A stretch of DNA of 64,000 bases from Candidatus Dojkabacteria bacterium (GTDB lineage Bacteria > Patescibacteriota > Dojkabacteria > SC72): contig JBMNHB010000001.1 of the NCBI GenBank assembly GCA_050950145.1, forward strand, positions 364,820-428,819, in the 5' to 3' direction. The notes under the pieces were generated by a model that was not told the DNA's origin, ran no database searches, and saw only the letters and a list, made by a program, of their open reading frames with translations. Below are positions 20,401 to 27,991 of the stretch, one piece after another (within the stretch, counting starts at the first letter, position 1; every line of letters starts with the position of its first letter). A program made the translations under genes and the position numbers.

Positions 20401-20476
20401 ACACAATCCTACCGTCTCTTTTTTTTACCTTAAACATCTTGAATCTAGTCTTTTGAGCAGGTTTTTTGGCAGTCAT
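17435..20476 (-). CDS. nrdD: Class III anaerobic ribonucleoside-triphosphate reductase NrdD, containing an intein
   Basis: N-terminal ATP-cone and NrdD core. The C-terminal zinc-ribbon and glycyl-radical region (CPKHGY...CPKCD) is present. A 319-aa insertion with intein hallmarks interrupts the core. Confidence 0.9.
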   Translation of the reverse strand: MTAKKPAQKTRFKMFKVKKRDGRIVSFKKDLIVRGIYKSAKSVGGKDKRRAEEIANEAVERLKKKYANKDIVSTKNIAEIVSQTLIDMGHTKTSIAYDLFIDLKHQVKNIKSLIDANTLVKDYIDKLDWQVNENSNMAYSWQGLNNYISTTVQSNYWLHSIYPKEISIGNINKDYHIHDLGMLATYCCGWSLEDLLLKGFTGVPGKISSSPAKHFSAALGQCVNYFYTLQHEAAGAQAFSSFDTFLAPFVRYDKLSYKEVKQKMQEFLYNMNVPTRVGCQCVSEDTEILTPDGWKSYEEIEKGVVIKTFNLESGVIENQTVTSVFKKEYKGYMFNLKNRIQDQLISPNHRVVRKLFNGDKYILQPIEEVMALKSPFIIPLSGKNSNKKSSMSDEQIALMAWIISEGSIERGVKTRSCKRVTIYQSKVKNRKNYNEIKKLLDHFQFTYSEHTTIGLGNPVVGLRLNAESSKVIHKWFSSDNSVKHIPNSILELNEEQSRLFLETYMKGDGWKEDKIVTTDIEVVNQLQIIATNCGYGSTVLVRKPTIGTKDIFVIRIIKHQETYIKNVKKINYEGVIWCPHTKNETIIARRNGKVFVTGNTPFTNITMDLIPSGQLAQQGVIIGGKIQKEKYKDFQKEMVMINKAFCEIMMEGDAQGRLFSYPIPTYNLTKDFDWDNPDYEPIWKMTAKYGIPYFSNFINSDMKPDDARSMCCRLRLDNRELRKRGGGLFGANPLTGSIGVVTINLPRIGYEAKNKRDYFKRLNKQMDLAKKSLQIKRKFLEKYMEKGLYPYSKFYLADIKKRFGEYYKNHFNTIGILGLNESLINFFKDEKKDITSKEGRKFGLEIMNHMRERLMTYQQKTNELFNLEATPGEGATYKFAKADKKRFGDDIISAADIGKHKGQDIAPYYTNSSQIAVGFTDDIFEALDQQDEFQCLYTGGTVQHVYIGEQLTSTEAVKNLVRKIADNYKLPYFSITPTFSVCPKHGYIAGEHFYCPKCDYEVGYKEGMDFNEV
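18680..19636 (-). mobile_element. Intein (319 aa) with LAGLIDADG-type homing endonuclease domain inside NrdD
   Basis: The insertion begins with Cys (VGCQ|CVSEDTEIL) and ends ...VFVTGN|T (C-terminal Asn, +1 Thr). Two LAGLIDADG-like blocks are present (ALMAWIISEGSI and LFLETYMKGDGW). The flanking extein sequence is contiguous NrdD. Confidence 0.75.
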
Positions 20477-20493
20477 TTTCTTTTTTTCTTAAT

Positions 20494-20940
20494 TTAATTT
20501 TCTAAATTCTTAATTTCTTCTTTAATATCTTCTAAAGTTTCAAATTCTTTGTATACAGAAGCAAATCGTATATATGCTAAAGTATCTCTCTCTTTTAACC
20601 ATTCAAGGGTTTTTAGTCCTATCTCTTTTGTAGTAACAGGCTCTTCACTATTTAAGACATACCTCTCTATCTCTTCTGCAAAATCCTCAATATCATTTTC
20701 TAACACTGTTTTATCATTTAGAGCTTTTTTAATACCCTTAATTATCTTCTGTATATCAAATTTTTCTAAAGAACCATCTTTTTTTAACACACTTACATCT
20801 AAACTTTCCATTCGTTCATATGTAGTAAACCTTTTTCCACATCTAAGACACTGTCTCCTTCTTCTTGTAGAACTATCCTCATTATTATCTCTCTTGTCTA
20901 CAACTTTAGTAATATTACATTCACAAAACGGACATTTCAT
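20494..20940 (-). CDS. nrdR: Transcriptional repressor NrdR
   Basis: MKCPFC...CLRCGKRF zinc ribbon followed by an ATP-cone. The start is placed at the MKCPFC ATG (20940), which is preceded by AAGG. The track ORF begins 15 nt upstream. Confidence 0.9.
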   Translation of the reverse strand: MKCPFCECNITKVVDKRDNNEDSSTRRRRQCLRCGKRFTTYERMESLDVSVLKKDGSLEKFDIQKIIKGIKKALNDKTVLENDIEDFAEEIERYVLNSEEPVTTKEIGLKTLEWLKERDTLAYIRFASVYKEFETLEDIKEEIKNLEN

Positions 20941-20949
20941 AACCTTACA

Positions 20950-20965
20950 GTACAATATATTGTGT
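20950..20965 (-). promoter_or_regulatory. Candidate NrdR box 1 (GTACAATATATTGTGT)
   Basis: 14/16 match to the published NrdR-box consensus acaCwAtATaTwGtgt, with a perfect 12-bp palindromic core ACAATATATTGT. It lies at about +1 to +16 of the predicted promoter. Confidence 0.5.
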
Positions 20966-20980
20966 TGTGTTAAAAACCAT

Positions 20981-20996
20981 ACCCCAATAGGTTGTG
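20981..20996 (-). promoter_or_regulatory. Candidate NrdR box 2 (weaker), inside the promoter spacer
   Basis: CCACAACCTATTGGGG on the - strand, about 11/16 to the consensus. Its centre is 31 bp from box 1, the typical tandem spacing. Flanked by a -35-like TTGACC (21001..20996) and a -10-like TATGGT (20978..20973). Confidence 0.3.
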
Positions 20997-21161
20997 GTGG
21001 TCAATATCTCATAGTTTGATAATTTTAAGTAAATTTTAGTTATATCCCTCTAATCTAAGAGAAAGTTTTAAAAAGAAAAACACTACAAGTCTCATTATGA
21101 AATTTTTGACAATTTAGAGTAGGATAGGTAAAATGTCTAATTAAGTTGTGAATATTTCAAT

Positions 21162-21650
21162 ATGATTGTACCCCTAGAAGATTTCCCTAAGTTAAGAGAA
21201 AAGAAGTTAAAAGGAAAGAAGATTGTTTGTACGTCTGGTTTCTTTGATCCTATACACCCAGGTCATGCTTCTTGTTTGTATGAGTCAAAGAAATTTGGTG
21301 ATGTACTTGTTGTTATTGTAGACGGTGATCAGAGAGCTGTTACAAAAAAAGGTAAATCATTTATGTCAGAGTTAGATAGAGCTAGAGTTGTTGATTATAT
21401 TAAAGGTGTTGATTATGTTGTGATATATAACAGTACTACTAGAAATGATTGTGTTGAAGCTGTAGAGATAATTAAGCCAGATGTTTTTACAAAGGGAGGA
21501 GATAGGACATCAAGGGAGAATATTCCGGAGTATGATACGATAGAAAAGAATGGTGGAAGAATTGAGTTTAATGTAGGAGATCCTAAAATGTGGTCTAGTT
21601 CTAACTACCTACAAGAATGGGTTGATTTTGTAAACTCACAACAGGCCTGA
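21162..21650 (+). CDS. Cytidylyltransferase-like nucleotidyltransferase (HxGH family)
   Basis: GFFDPIHPGH (HxGH nucleotidyltransferase signature) and small size, similar to glycerol-3-phosphate cytidylyltransferase or the RfaE domain II. Confidence 0.65.
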   Translation: MIVPLEDFPKLREKKLKGKKIVCTSGFFDPIHPGHASCLYESKKFGDVLVVIVDGDQRAVTKKGKSFMSELDRARVVDYIKGVDYVVIYNSTTRNDCVEAVEIIKPDVFTKGGDRTSRENIPEYDTIEKNGGRIEFNVGDPKMWSSSNYLQEWVDFVNSQQA

Positions 21651-21850
21651 CCTAGGTCTGACCTTCGTTCATAACTTTTTGAAGGTTCAAAATCTTTACT
21701 TCTGATATACCTTTTTTGAGGTGTCTGTTTCTGTGTCTGTACTTGTAACATGTATATTCTACCAAAGCCGAGGGCTAGGAGACCTTTTGTGGAATGCATA
21801 ATCCTTAAGATTAAAATTTTCTTAACGCGGGGCAGACCTAGACCAGACCA

Positions 21851-22774
21851 CTAAGATTGTTTGAGATACATATATACGGAGTTTGCAGCTACTGCACCTT
21901 CACTTGCAGCTGTTACAACCTGTTTTAGATAGTTTGAGTTTGTAGTACAATCTCCGGCTGCCCATATACCTTCCATACTTGTTTTCTGTTCATCATCAAC
22001 GATGACATAGCTATGATCATCTATTTTAATACCCATTTTTAATGGTAATACAATATTTGGTTCAGACCCTATCTCTACAAAGATACCATCTAATTTAAGG
22101 CTCTCAGAGCCATTGTAAGGCTTAGAAAGTTTAACTCCTTCTAGTTTTCCATTACCATAAAGCTCTGTTAAGAGTGTTTGATAGATGATTTCAATATTCT
22201 CTTTCTCTTTAGCTTGAGAAGCCCATGTAGGTTCTCCTCTTAATTCAGTACCTCTGTAGATGATATATACATTCTTAGCGATATCAGAGAGCATTACAGC
22301 AGCCATTGTAGCAGCACTACTACCCCCAATTACTCCAACTGTTTTACCTTTGTAAAACATACCATCACATGTAGCACAGTATGATACTCCTTTTCCTAGG
22401 TATTTATCTTCACCAGGTATAGCTAGTTTATTCCTATCTGTACCTGTAGCTAATATTACTGTTTTAGCTTCGTATACCTTTTCATTATCAGAAGTTAATT
22501 TGAATATATCACCATCTTTTTGTATATCAACAATACTTTCATTAACTATCTCTCCACCTTCCTTTTTAGCATGGTTATACATCTTCATACCTAATTCCAT
22601 ACCAGTAATTTCTTCATATCCGGGATAGTTACATATTTTATGTCCTTCTGTAATAGTACCACCAGGTGTTTTACCAAATACAATATTTTTTAGTTTGTAT
22701 CTACTTGAATATATACTTGCACTTAGTCCTGCTGGTCCTGTTCCGATTATGGCTATATCATAGGTTTCTTTCAT
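21851..22774 (-). CDS. trxB: Thioredoxin-disulfide reductase
   Basis: FAD motif IIGTGPAG and redox-active CATCDG. The track ORF is extended at the N-terminus. The start is assigned to MKETYDIAIIG (22774). Confidence 0.9.
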   Translation of the reverse strand: MKETYDIAIIGTGPAGLSASIYSSRYKLKNIVFGKTPGGTITEGHKICNYPGYEEITGMELGMKMYNHAKKEGGEIVNESIVDIQKDGDIFKLTSDNEKVYEAKTVILATGTDRNKLAIPGEDKYLGKGVSYCATCDGMFYKGKTVGVIGGSSAATMAAVMLSDIAKNVYIIYRGTELRGEPTWASQAKEKENIEIIYQTLLTELYGNGKLEGVKLSKPYNGSESLKLDGIFVEIGSEPNIVLPLKMGIKIDDHSYVIVDDEQKTSMEGIWAAGDCTTNSNYLKQVVTAASEGAVAANSVYMYLKQS

Positions 22775-22918
22775 TTTTATATATTTTAAATACAACTTAG
22801 ACAGATGTATTTTAGCATAGATATGAATATGAATGTGTAAAAAGATTTGGAGAGGAACCGTACACACATGTAAAATGTTGAGCATTAAAGCTCTAGTGTA
22901 CGGTCCTTCCAAAAAGGT

Positions 22919-23383
22919 CTAATTTTTGAAGAATTTGGAACCCGTAAGGGTCCAGATTTGAACATCTTCCCCGTTAAGGGAAGCTTTCTCTTGGGAAAGA
23001 TCCCAAGAAACGACTGAATCTCCCATTCCAGAGCAATTTTGCTCCGAAATGTAGATAGTTCCCTTTTCTGCAAAAGAGTACGGGTGAGAGGTTTGTTCTT
23101 CCCAATGACAAATTTCTTCGTCATTGAGAACAAAGGAGAGACGGAACAGGTTTGTCCCGTAAACATTCTTTAATAATATGTAATTTCCCGAGGGATATAT
23201 CGGACTAGGAGTTGTTACAATAAATTCCTCCGTTGGAGGATATTCTACCTCCCCCGATTCCTTTGCCTTGAGAACATAAAAATTCTCAGGTAAGGACGAA
23301 TCCTCTATACCCGGAGCGTCTGCACAAGCAGACAAAAAAAACAAAGCAACTACTATAACAATCACCAATATATTCTTTTTCAT
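22919..23383 (-). CDS. Predicted lipoprotein (signal peptide with lipobox LSAC)
   Basis: MKKNILVIVIVVALFFLSAC...; an AAGGAG Shine-Dalgarno sequence lies upstream. Confidence 0.5.
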   Translation of the reverse strand: MKKNILVIVIVVALFFLSACADAPGIEDSSLPENFYVLKAKESGEVEYPPTEEFIVTTPSPIYPSGNYILLKNVYGTNLFRLSFVLNDEEICHWEEQTSHPYSFAEKGTIYISEQNCSGMGDSVVSWDLSQEKASLNGEDVQIWTLTGSKFFKN

Positions 23384-23580
23384 CTTAATCTCCTTCCCCT
23401 AAAAAGGGGTTGTTTTTTTTATTTTTATTTCGCTTAATAACAGCAAACAGACATCTAAACAAATAAATGCCTATGTGCTGTTATTAAACTTAGGAGAACG
23501 ATTAGACCTTTTTTAATGAGCAGTTTAGGATCTTCTATAATCCTATAGTATTATACCATAAAATAAGTGAAAAAGGCAAT

Positions 23581-24348
23581 CTAGGGTTTCTCTACTCCCC
23601 AATCAAGAGTATTAGTAAGTATAGTAGGGGAATCCTTTCTAACAATAACCATATATTCAAACATAACAGCATTACCACCATTAACAGTTCTAGCACTCCA
23701 ACCATCCTCATCTACAACAACATCATCAATATCATCTACAACCTGACACTCAATACAGATAACCATACCGTCCTCTAGAAGGGAACCTGTACCTTTCTCT
23801 CCAAAAGCAGGGATCTCTGGATCTTCATGTAAACCTTTTCCAACTCCATGTCCAACATAGATACTTAATGTATTAAAACCATTTCTTTTAGCTTCATTCT
23901 CCATCTCATAACCTAAATCACCTGTTCTGTTACCTACCACAGCTTTTGGAAGAGCATTTTCAACTGCTTTTCTACCAGCAAGTAGTAATTTCATCTTCTC
24001 TTCATCTGCCTTACCCACACACCATGTCCAACAATGATCTGTATACATCCCTTTATATACAATACCAAAATCAATAGATACTAAATCACCTTTTTTAAGT
24101 GGAATATCCTTAGGAATACCATGTACAGCTACATCATTAACAGATATACATGTGTTATGGTAATAGTCTTTAACCCTCTTAAAACTAGGATGTACCATAT
24201 ACTCCCTACAAAGCTCTCCAGCATATTCATCAATCTCAAGAGGTGTTACTCCCTCCTTAATCATATCTCCAAGCTTAGAGAGTATCTCTACTGATATCTT
24301 AGCTGCTTCTGTAATTAAATTTTCTTCTCTATTGTTTTGTATTATCAT
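23581..24348 (-). CDS. map: Type I methionine aminopeptidase
   Basis: Conserved metal-ligand blocks (HGIP, DxGxxxxGxxxD, HGVG, ExxxxE). Confidence 0.9.
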   Translation of the reverse strand: MIIQNNREENLITEAAKISVEILSKLGDMIKEGVTPLEIDEYAGELCREYMVHPSFKRVKDYYHNTCISVNDVAVHGIPKDIPLKKGDLVSIDFGIVYKGMYTDHCWTWCVGKADEEKMKLLLAGRKAVENALPKAVVGNRTGDLGYEMENEAKRNGFNTLSIYVGHGVGKGLHEDPEIPAFGEKGTGSLLEDGMVICIECQVVDDIDDVVVDEDGWSARTVNGGNAVMFEYMVIVRKDSPTILTNTLDWGVEKP

Positions 24349-24436
24349 GTTTTTATTATATTACGAATACCTTACATATTCCAATCTTTCCTTTACATTT
24401 AATCTATATTTCATATTTACAGAGTAATCTGTAGGT

Positions 24437-24907
24437 ATGAGAAAGAAAAATTTTCTAAATACTCCCATACACAGAAGAATTGGTTTAACAAAGAAAGAAT
24501 ATGAGGATAACAATATTCTTAGGGTACATGAAAGAAATTTTGTAAAAAGGTTTACAGAAAGAGGAGAAGATATTAAATGGATAAAGAGAGATAGTCTTGT
24601 AGATACTAAAACAGGAGGATATTACCCAACCAATGATTTTGTTTGGAACAAACGAGAATGGGAATTAAAAAGCATATTAAAAAAGAATTTTTCAGAAGGA
24701 ACTATTATTAAAAGGATTAACGAGTCAGTAGATAAAGGAAAAAGAAATATATTTTTAGATCTAGGAAACAATATTCTTCAAGAAAAACTCTTAAAACGAC
24801 TATGTGAGTATAATTCTTCGCGTATTAAAAACAGGTCAAAAAGAAGATATGTTGAGAATATAGTTGTTTATGATAGAAATGGACTATACAAGATTGTACT
24901 TAAATAG
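24437..24907 (+). CDS. Orphan basic 156-aa protein of unknown function
   Basis: Lys/Arg-rich with no TM segment or signal peptide. Followed by a GC-rich structured region. Confidence 0.4.
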   Translation: MRKKNFLNTPIHRRIGLTKKEYEDNNILRVHERNFVKRFTERGEDIKWIKRDSLVDTKTGGYYPTNDFVWNKREWELKSILKKNFSEGTIIKRINESVDKGKRNIFLDLGNNILQEKLLKRLCEYNSSRIKNRSKRRYVENIVVYDRNGLYKIVLK

Positions 24908-25009
24908 CAAGCAGGGCGTCTACCTCCGCCTTGTGTATATTATTTCAATACAGCAGAGGGTGCTACCCTGCTTCCTGCCCATTATTATATCAAAAAACAG
25001 ATGGAAATA

Positions 25010-26194
25010 CTAATCCCCAATAATATATAATTCATTAACAGCTCTAGTTACTCCTGTATACAACCATCTTCTCCACATATCATCATCCATTTTAGAAAAT
25101 CTCTCTTCAAAAAGTATAACCTTCTCAGCTTGACTACCCTGTGCCTTATGTACAGTTAAAGCATAACCAAAATCAAAAAGATTAATATCTCTACTAACAT
25201 TCCTTAATGTCTCTCTCTTTCTAAACTGTTCAATTGATATAGGGAGATGGAAGACTTCATCCTCACCATCAAAAACAATATCTGCTTGGTAATATTCCAA
25301 CATATCAGCTACAGACACCTTCTCAATTGATTGTATTGTACCAATCATACCGTTAAATATACCTAACTCTGCATTATTTCTTAAACATATAAGTCTATCT
25401 TCTATCTGAGGTTGAGGAGATTCAAATTCAAGAAGTTGTCTAATCCCATCATTAATCTTGTTTCTAGTATGATTGTATCCGACTAAAACCATCATATTCT
25501 CGTTGTATGATGATAGTTGATCTGTAAGAAATTCCATAACATCCTCATCCTCTCTAGAGAACTTCTTTACATACCTCCCATACTCCATCTTAGGAATCTC
25601 ACCATACTTCCTTGCCATCTCTGAAATCACAACAATCGGATTATCCTTCTCCTGTCTATATATCTCTTCTAATCTCAACATTGGTTTTAACATAAGATTA
25701 AACTTACCTTCCACAGGAGGTAATTGTCCATGATCTCCAACAGCTAATATTGGTTTCTCAAAAGAAAGTAAATCTTGCCAAATGTCACTAGATACCATAG
25801 ACGCCTCATCTACAATGATTAAATCATATTCAAAATCATCTACAGATATCTTCTCCCAACCAATAATATTATCATCTTCATCTACAATTGCTTTGTATAT
25901 TAACCTATGAATAGTTCCAACATAGTCTGAACGTTTTAATGAACCAGTTTCTTGAAGTTTCTTTCTTAATACCTGAGAAGCTTTACCTGTATATGAACAA
26001 TATGCAATACTAATACCTTTGTACTCCCTATGAAGTTTTTCATTAAGATATCCAAGGATTGTAGTCTTCCCTGTACCAGCATAACCACCTAGAGTAAGAT
26101 ATGGAATCTTTTTCTCCTTGTACCAACCTAAAATATCTTTGATAATATTCTTTTGTTTTACAGAAAGTTCAAAATCCATACCATGAGTATACAT
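25010..26194 (-). CDS. SF1 RecD/Dda-like ATP-dependent DNA helicase
   Basis: Walker A GYAGTGKTT, motif II IIVDEASMV, motif III LAVGDHGQLPPV, and TVHKAQGSQ plus GVTRAVNELYII in the C-terminal motifs. Confidence 0.75.
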   Translation of the reverse strand: MYTHGMDFELSVKQKNIIKDILGWYKEKKIPYLTLGGYAGTGKTTILGYLNEKLHREYKGISIAYCSYTGKASQVLRKKLQETGSLKRSDYVGTIHRLIYKAIVDEDDNIIGWEKISVDDFEYDLIIVDEASMVSSDIWQDLLSFEKPILAVGDHGQLPPVEGKFNLMLKPMLRLEEIYRQEKDNPIVVISEMARKYGEIPKMEYGRYVKKFSREDEDVMEFLTDQLSSYNENMMVLVGYNHTRNKINDGIRQLLEFESPQPQIEDRLICLRNNAELGIFNGMIGTIQSIEKVSVADMLEYYQADIVFDGEDEVFHLPISIEQFRKRETLRNVSRDINLFDFGYALTVHKAQGSQAEKVILFEERFSKMDDDMWRRWLYTGVTRAVNELYIIGD

Positions 26195-26236
26195 TAACTA
26201 TTGTTTTCTAACCACACTATTGGTATTCTGTAGAGT

Positions 26237-26989
26237 ATGAATGATAACTTTCTCTTTTTTGATACAGAGACAACAGATGTACAAAGTAAAGACATTATTC
26301 AACTAGCCTTTGTTACTAGTGATGGAAAAGAATTTAATGAATATTTCAAACCAGAACAAGAAATGTCTTTTGGTGCTATGGCAATTCATCATATTACACC
26401 AGAGTTTCTAGAAGACAAACCACCGTTTAAATCAAAAATGATGCAAGATAGTTCATCAATGACTCTTTTTTCAGAAATACCTCTTAAAGATTATCTTAAT
26501 GACTTGGCAAAGGAGTACATCTGGGTTGCACATAATGCAGAATTTGATATGGATGTTTTGAAAAAGAAAGGAGTAAATATTCCTAGATATATATGTACGC
26601 TCAAAGTTGCAAGAAATATGTTAAGTGAAGATGAAGGAAAGAGAGATTTAGAGAGTTATTCATTACAATACCTCAGATACTATTTAGGTCTTTACAAAAA
26701 AGAAAATGAAAAGGGAGAGATTATTGCTCATGATGCAATGGGAGACGTACTTGTTCTTAGAAATCTATTTGAATTTCTAAAAAATAACTCCTCTCTTAGC
26801 ACTGAAAATATGATGGTTATCTCCAAAGAACCCCAATTTATACGAACTATTAATTTTGGTAAATATGCTGGATATTCTCTTGAAGAGTTAGTAAAGATAG
26901 ATAGAGAATATTTAGAATGGTTAGTAGAGAATGCTAATGACAAGAAAGATTTAGTATACAATGTGGACAGAGTATTAAGTTTAGGGTAA
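26237..26989 (+). CDS. DEDDh (DnaQ-like) 3'-5' exonuclease with a C-terminal extension
   Basis: Exo I FFDTETTD, Exo II AHNAEFDMDVL, Exo III HDAMGDVL. The C-terminal segment FGKYAGYSLEEL..YLEWL resembles the small domain found at the C-terminus of some ExoX-like exonucleases. Confidence 0.75.
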   Translation: MNDNFLFFDTETTDVQSKDIIQLAFVTSDGKEFNEYFKPEQEMSFGAMAIHHITPEFLEDKPPFKSKMMQDSSSMTLFSEIPLKDYLNDLAKEYIWVAHNAEFDMDVLKKKGVNIPRYICTLKVARNMLSEDEGKRDLESYSLQYLRYYLGLYKKENEKGEIIAHDAMGDVLVLRNLFEFLKNNSSLSTENMMVISKEPQFIRTINFGKYAGYSLEELVKIDREYLEWLVENANDKKDLVYNVDRVLSLG

Positions 26990-26998
26990 TATATTTTA

Positions 26999-27976
26999 AT
27001 GAAATCAACTGCCTGTTTTCCAGAAAGTAAAAGATATTTAAATACAACAGGGTTGAATTTAAAATATTACAAAAAATTAATGTATAACTATCAGAAAAAA
27101 ACATATGCAGGTCAGGCATTAGCTATAATAATGGTTGTACTTGTAGTATCTTCTATAATTGGATTTTCAGTTTTTACAAGATCGCTTAGAGATAAAAAAT
27201 CAACTATTCAAGAAAGAGATTCTGCTGAAGCGTATGAGGTAGCAGATATGATTTTAGATAATATGTTATTAACATCTCTAAAAGATTGGGAGAATAATGG
27301 CCTTGCAAGAGATACAGAACTATCAAACAATGAAATATCTAATCTATTTAAAGCCCTTAATACTCCACTAGATGTTACTACATTTTCTATATGTCCTTTA
27401 TCTGTAAATGGAAATAATAAATATACATTAGCACTTAAAAATGCAGATGAAAATACAAGAATTCAGATACAACCTGGACAAGCATTTACATTTGTTTCTG
27501 ATGGTACAGAATTAAGCCCTGAATGTAGTATTACTGTTAAATTTTGGTCTCCACAATCAAACAGTGGTTTTATGATAAATAAGATATATCGTGATGCTAT
27601 TTCTTCAGGAAACATCAAAGATTATGACTATTCTGATGCCGACGCTTACTGCTTTGGTCCAATAACCAACTGTGGAAGTTTCTCTAAAGTTCCTGATCTT
27701 GTACCATATAATACATCCGAACCACTTACCATACTTATGTCTTCAAACCCACCAATAGATAGGGTACAAATCATTGCCATAAATGACATTGTTACTTTTT
27801 CATATAATGTTAATCCATCATGTGGAGAAAAGTTTAGAAGTGTGGTATTAAGATCATCTGCAACATGTAATGGAGTATACAGAGCTAAAGAAGTGATAAT
27901 TCCAGAAGCAAAATCCAATTATTCGATATTTAACTATGTTCTATTTAATGGAGTTGGAAGTTTGTCTCCTTCTTAG
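26999..27976 (+). CDS. Membrane-anchored, Cys-containing extracytoplasmic protein of unknown function
   Basis: N-terminal hydrophobic anchor (ALAIIMVVLVVSSIIGF), then a soluble domain with several Cys. No canonical prepilin (G-FTLIE) motif. Confidence 0.4.
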   Translation: MKSTACFPESKRYLNTTGLNLKYYKKLMYNYQKKTYAGQALAIIMVVLVVSSIIGFSVFTRSLRDKKSTIQERDSAEAYEVADMILDNMLLTSLKDWENNGLARDTELSNNEISNLFKALNTPLDVTTFSICPLSVNGNNKYTLALKNADENTRIQIQPGQAFTFVSDGTELSPECSITVKFWSPQSNSGFMINKIYRDAISSGNIKDYDYSDADAYCFGPITNCGSFSKVPDLVPYNTSEPLTILMSSNPPIDRVQIIAINDIVTFSYNVNPSCGEKFRSVVLRSSATCNGVYRAKEVIIPEAKSNYSIFNYVLFNGVGSLSPS

Positions 27977-27991
27977 TAATTAATAATAATT

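Noticed and set aside
21605-21799. 64-aa - strand ORF in the GC-rich intergenic element
   Set aside because: No RBS and odd composition. It lies inside a region bounded by repeats and is more likely non-coding.
22775-22912. N-terminal 46-aa extension of the trxB ORF (HIHIHIYAKIH...)
   Set aside because: Low-complexity translation of AT-rich upstream DNA. The conserved FAD-binding N-terminus begins at the internal Met (MKETYDIAIIG).
23396-23420. Plus-strand intrinsic terminator (CCCCT-AAAA-AGGGG + T9)
   Set aside because: There is no + strand gene upstream. On the - strand the same hairpin sits immediately before the AAGGAG RBS of the lipoprotein gene, so it is better explained as a 5'-UTR hairpin.
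26999-27976. Type IV pilin or pseudopilin
   Set aside because: The N-terminal hydrophobic segment lacks the G|FTLIE prepilin cleavage motif and Glu+5.
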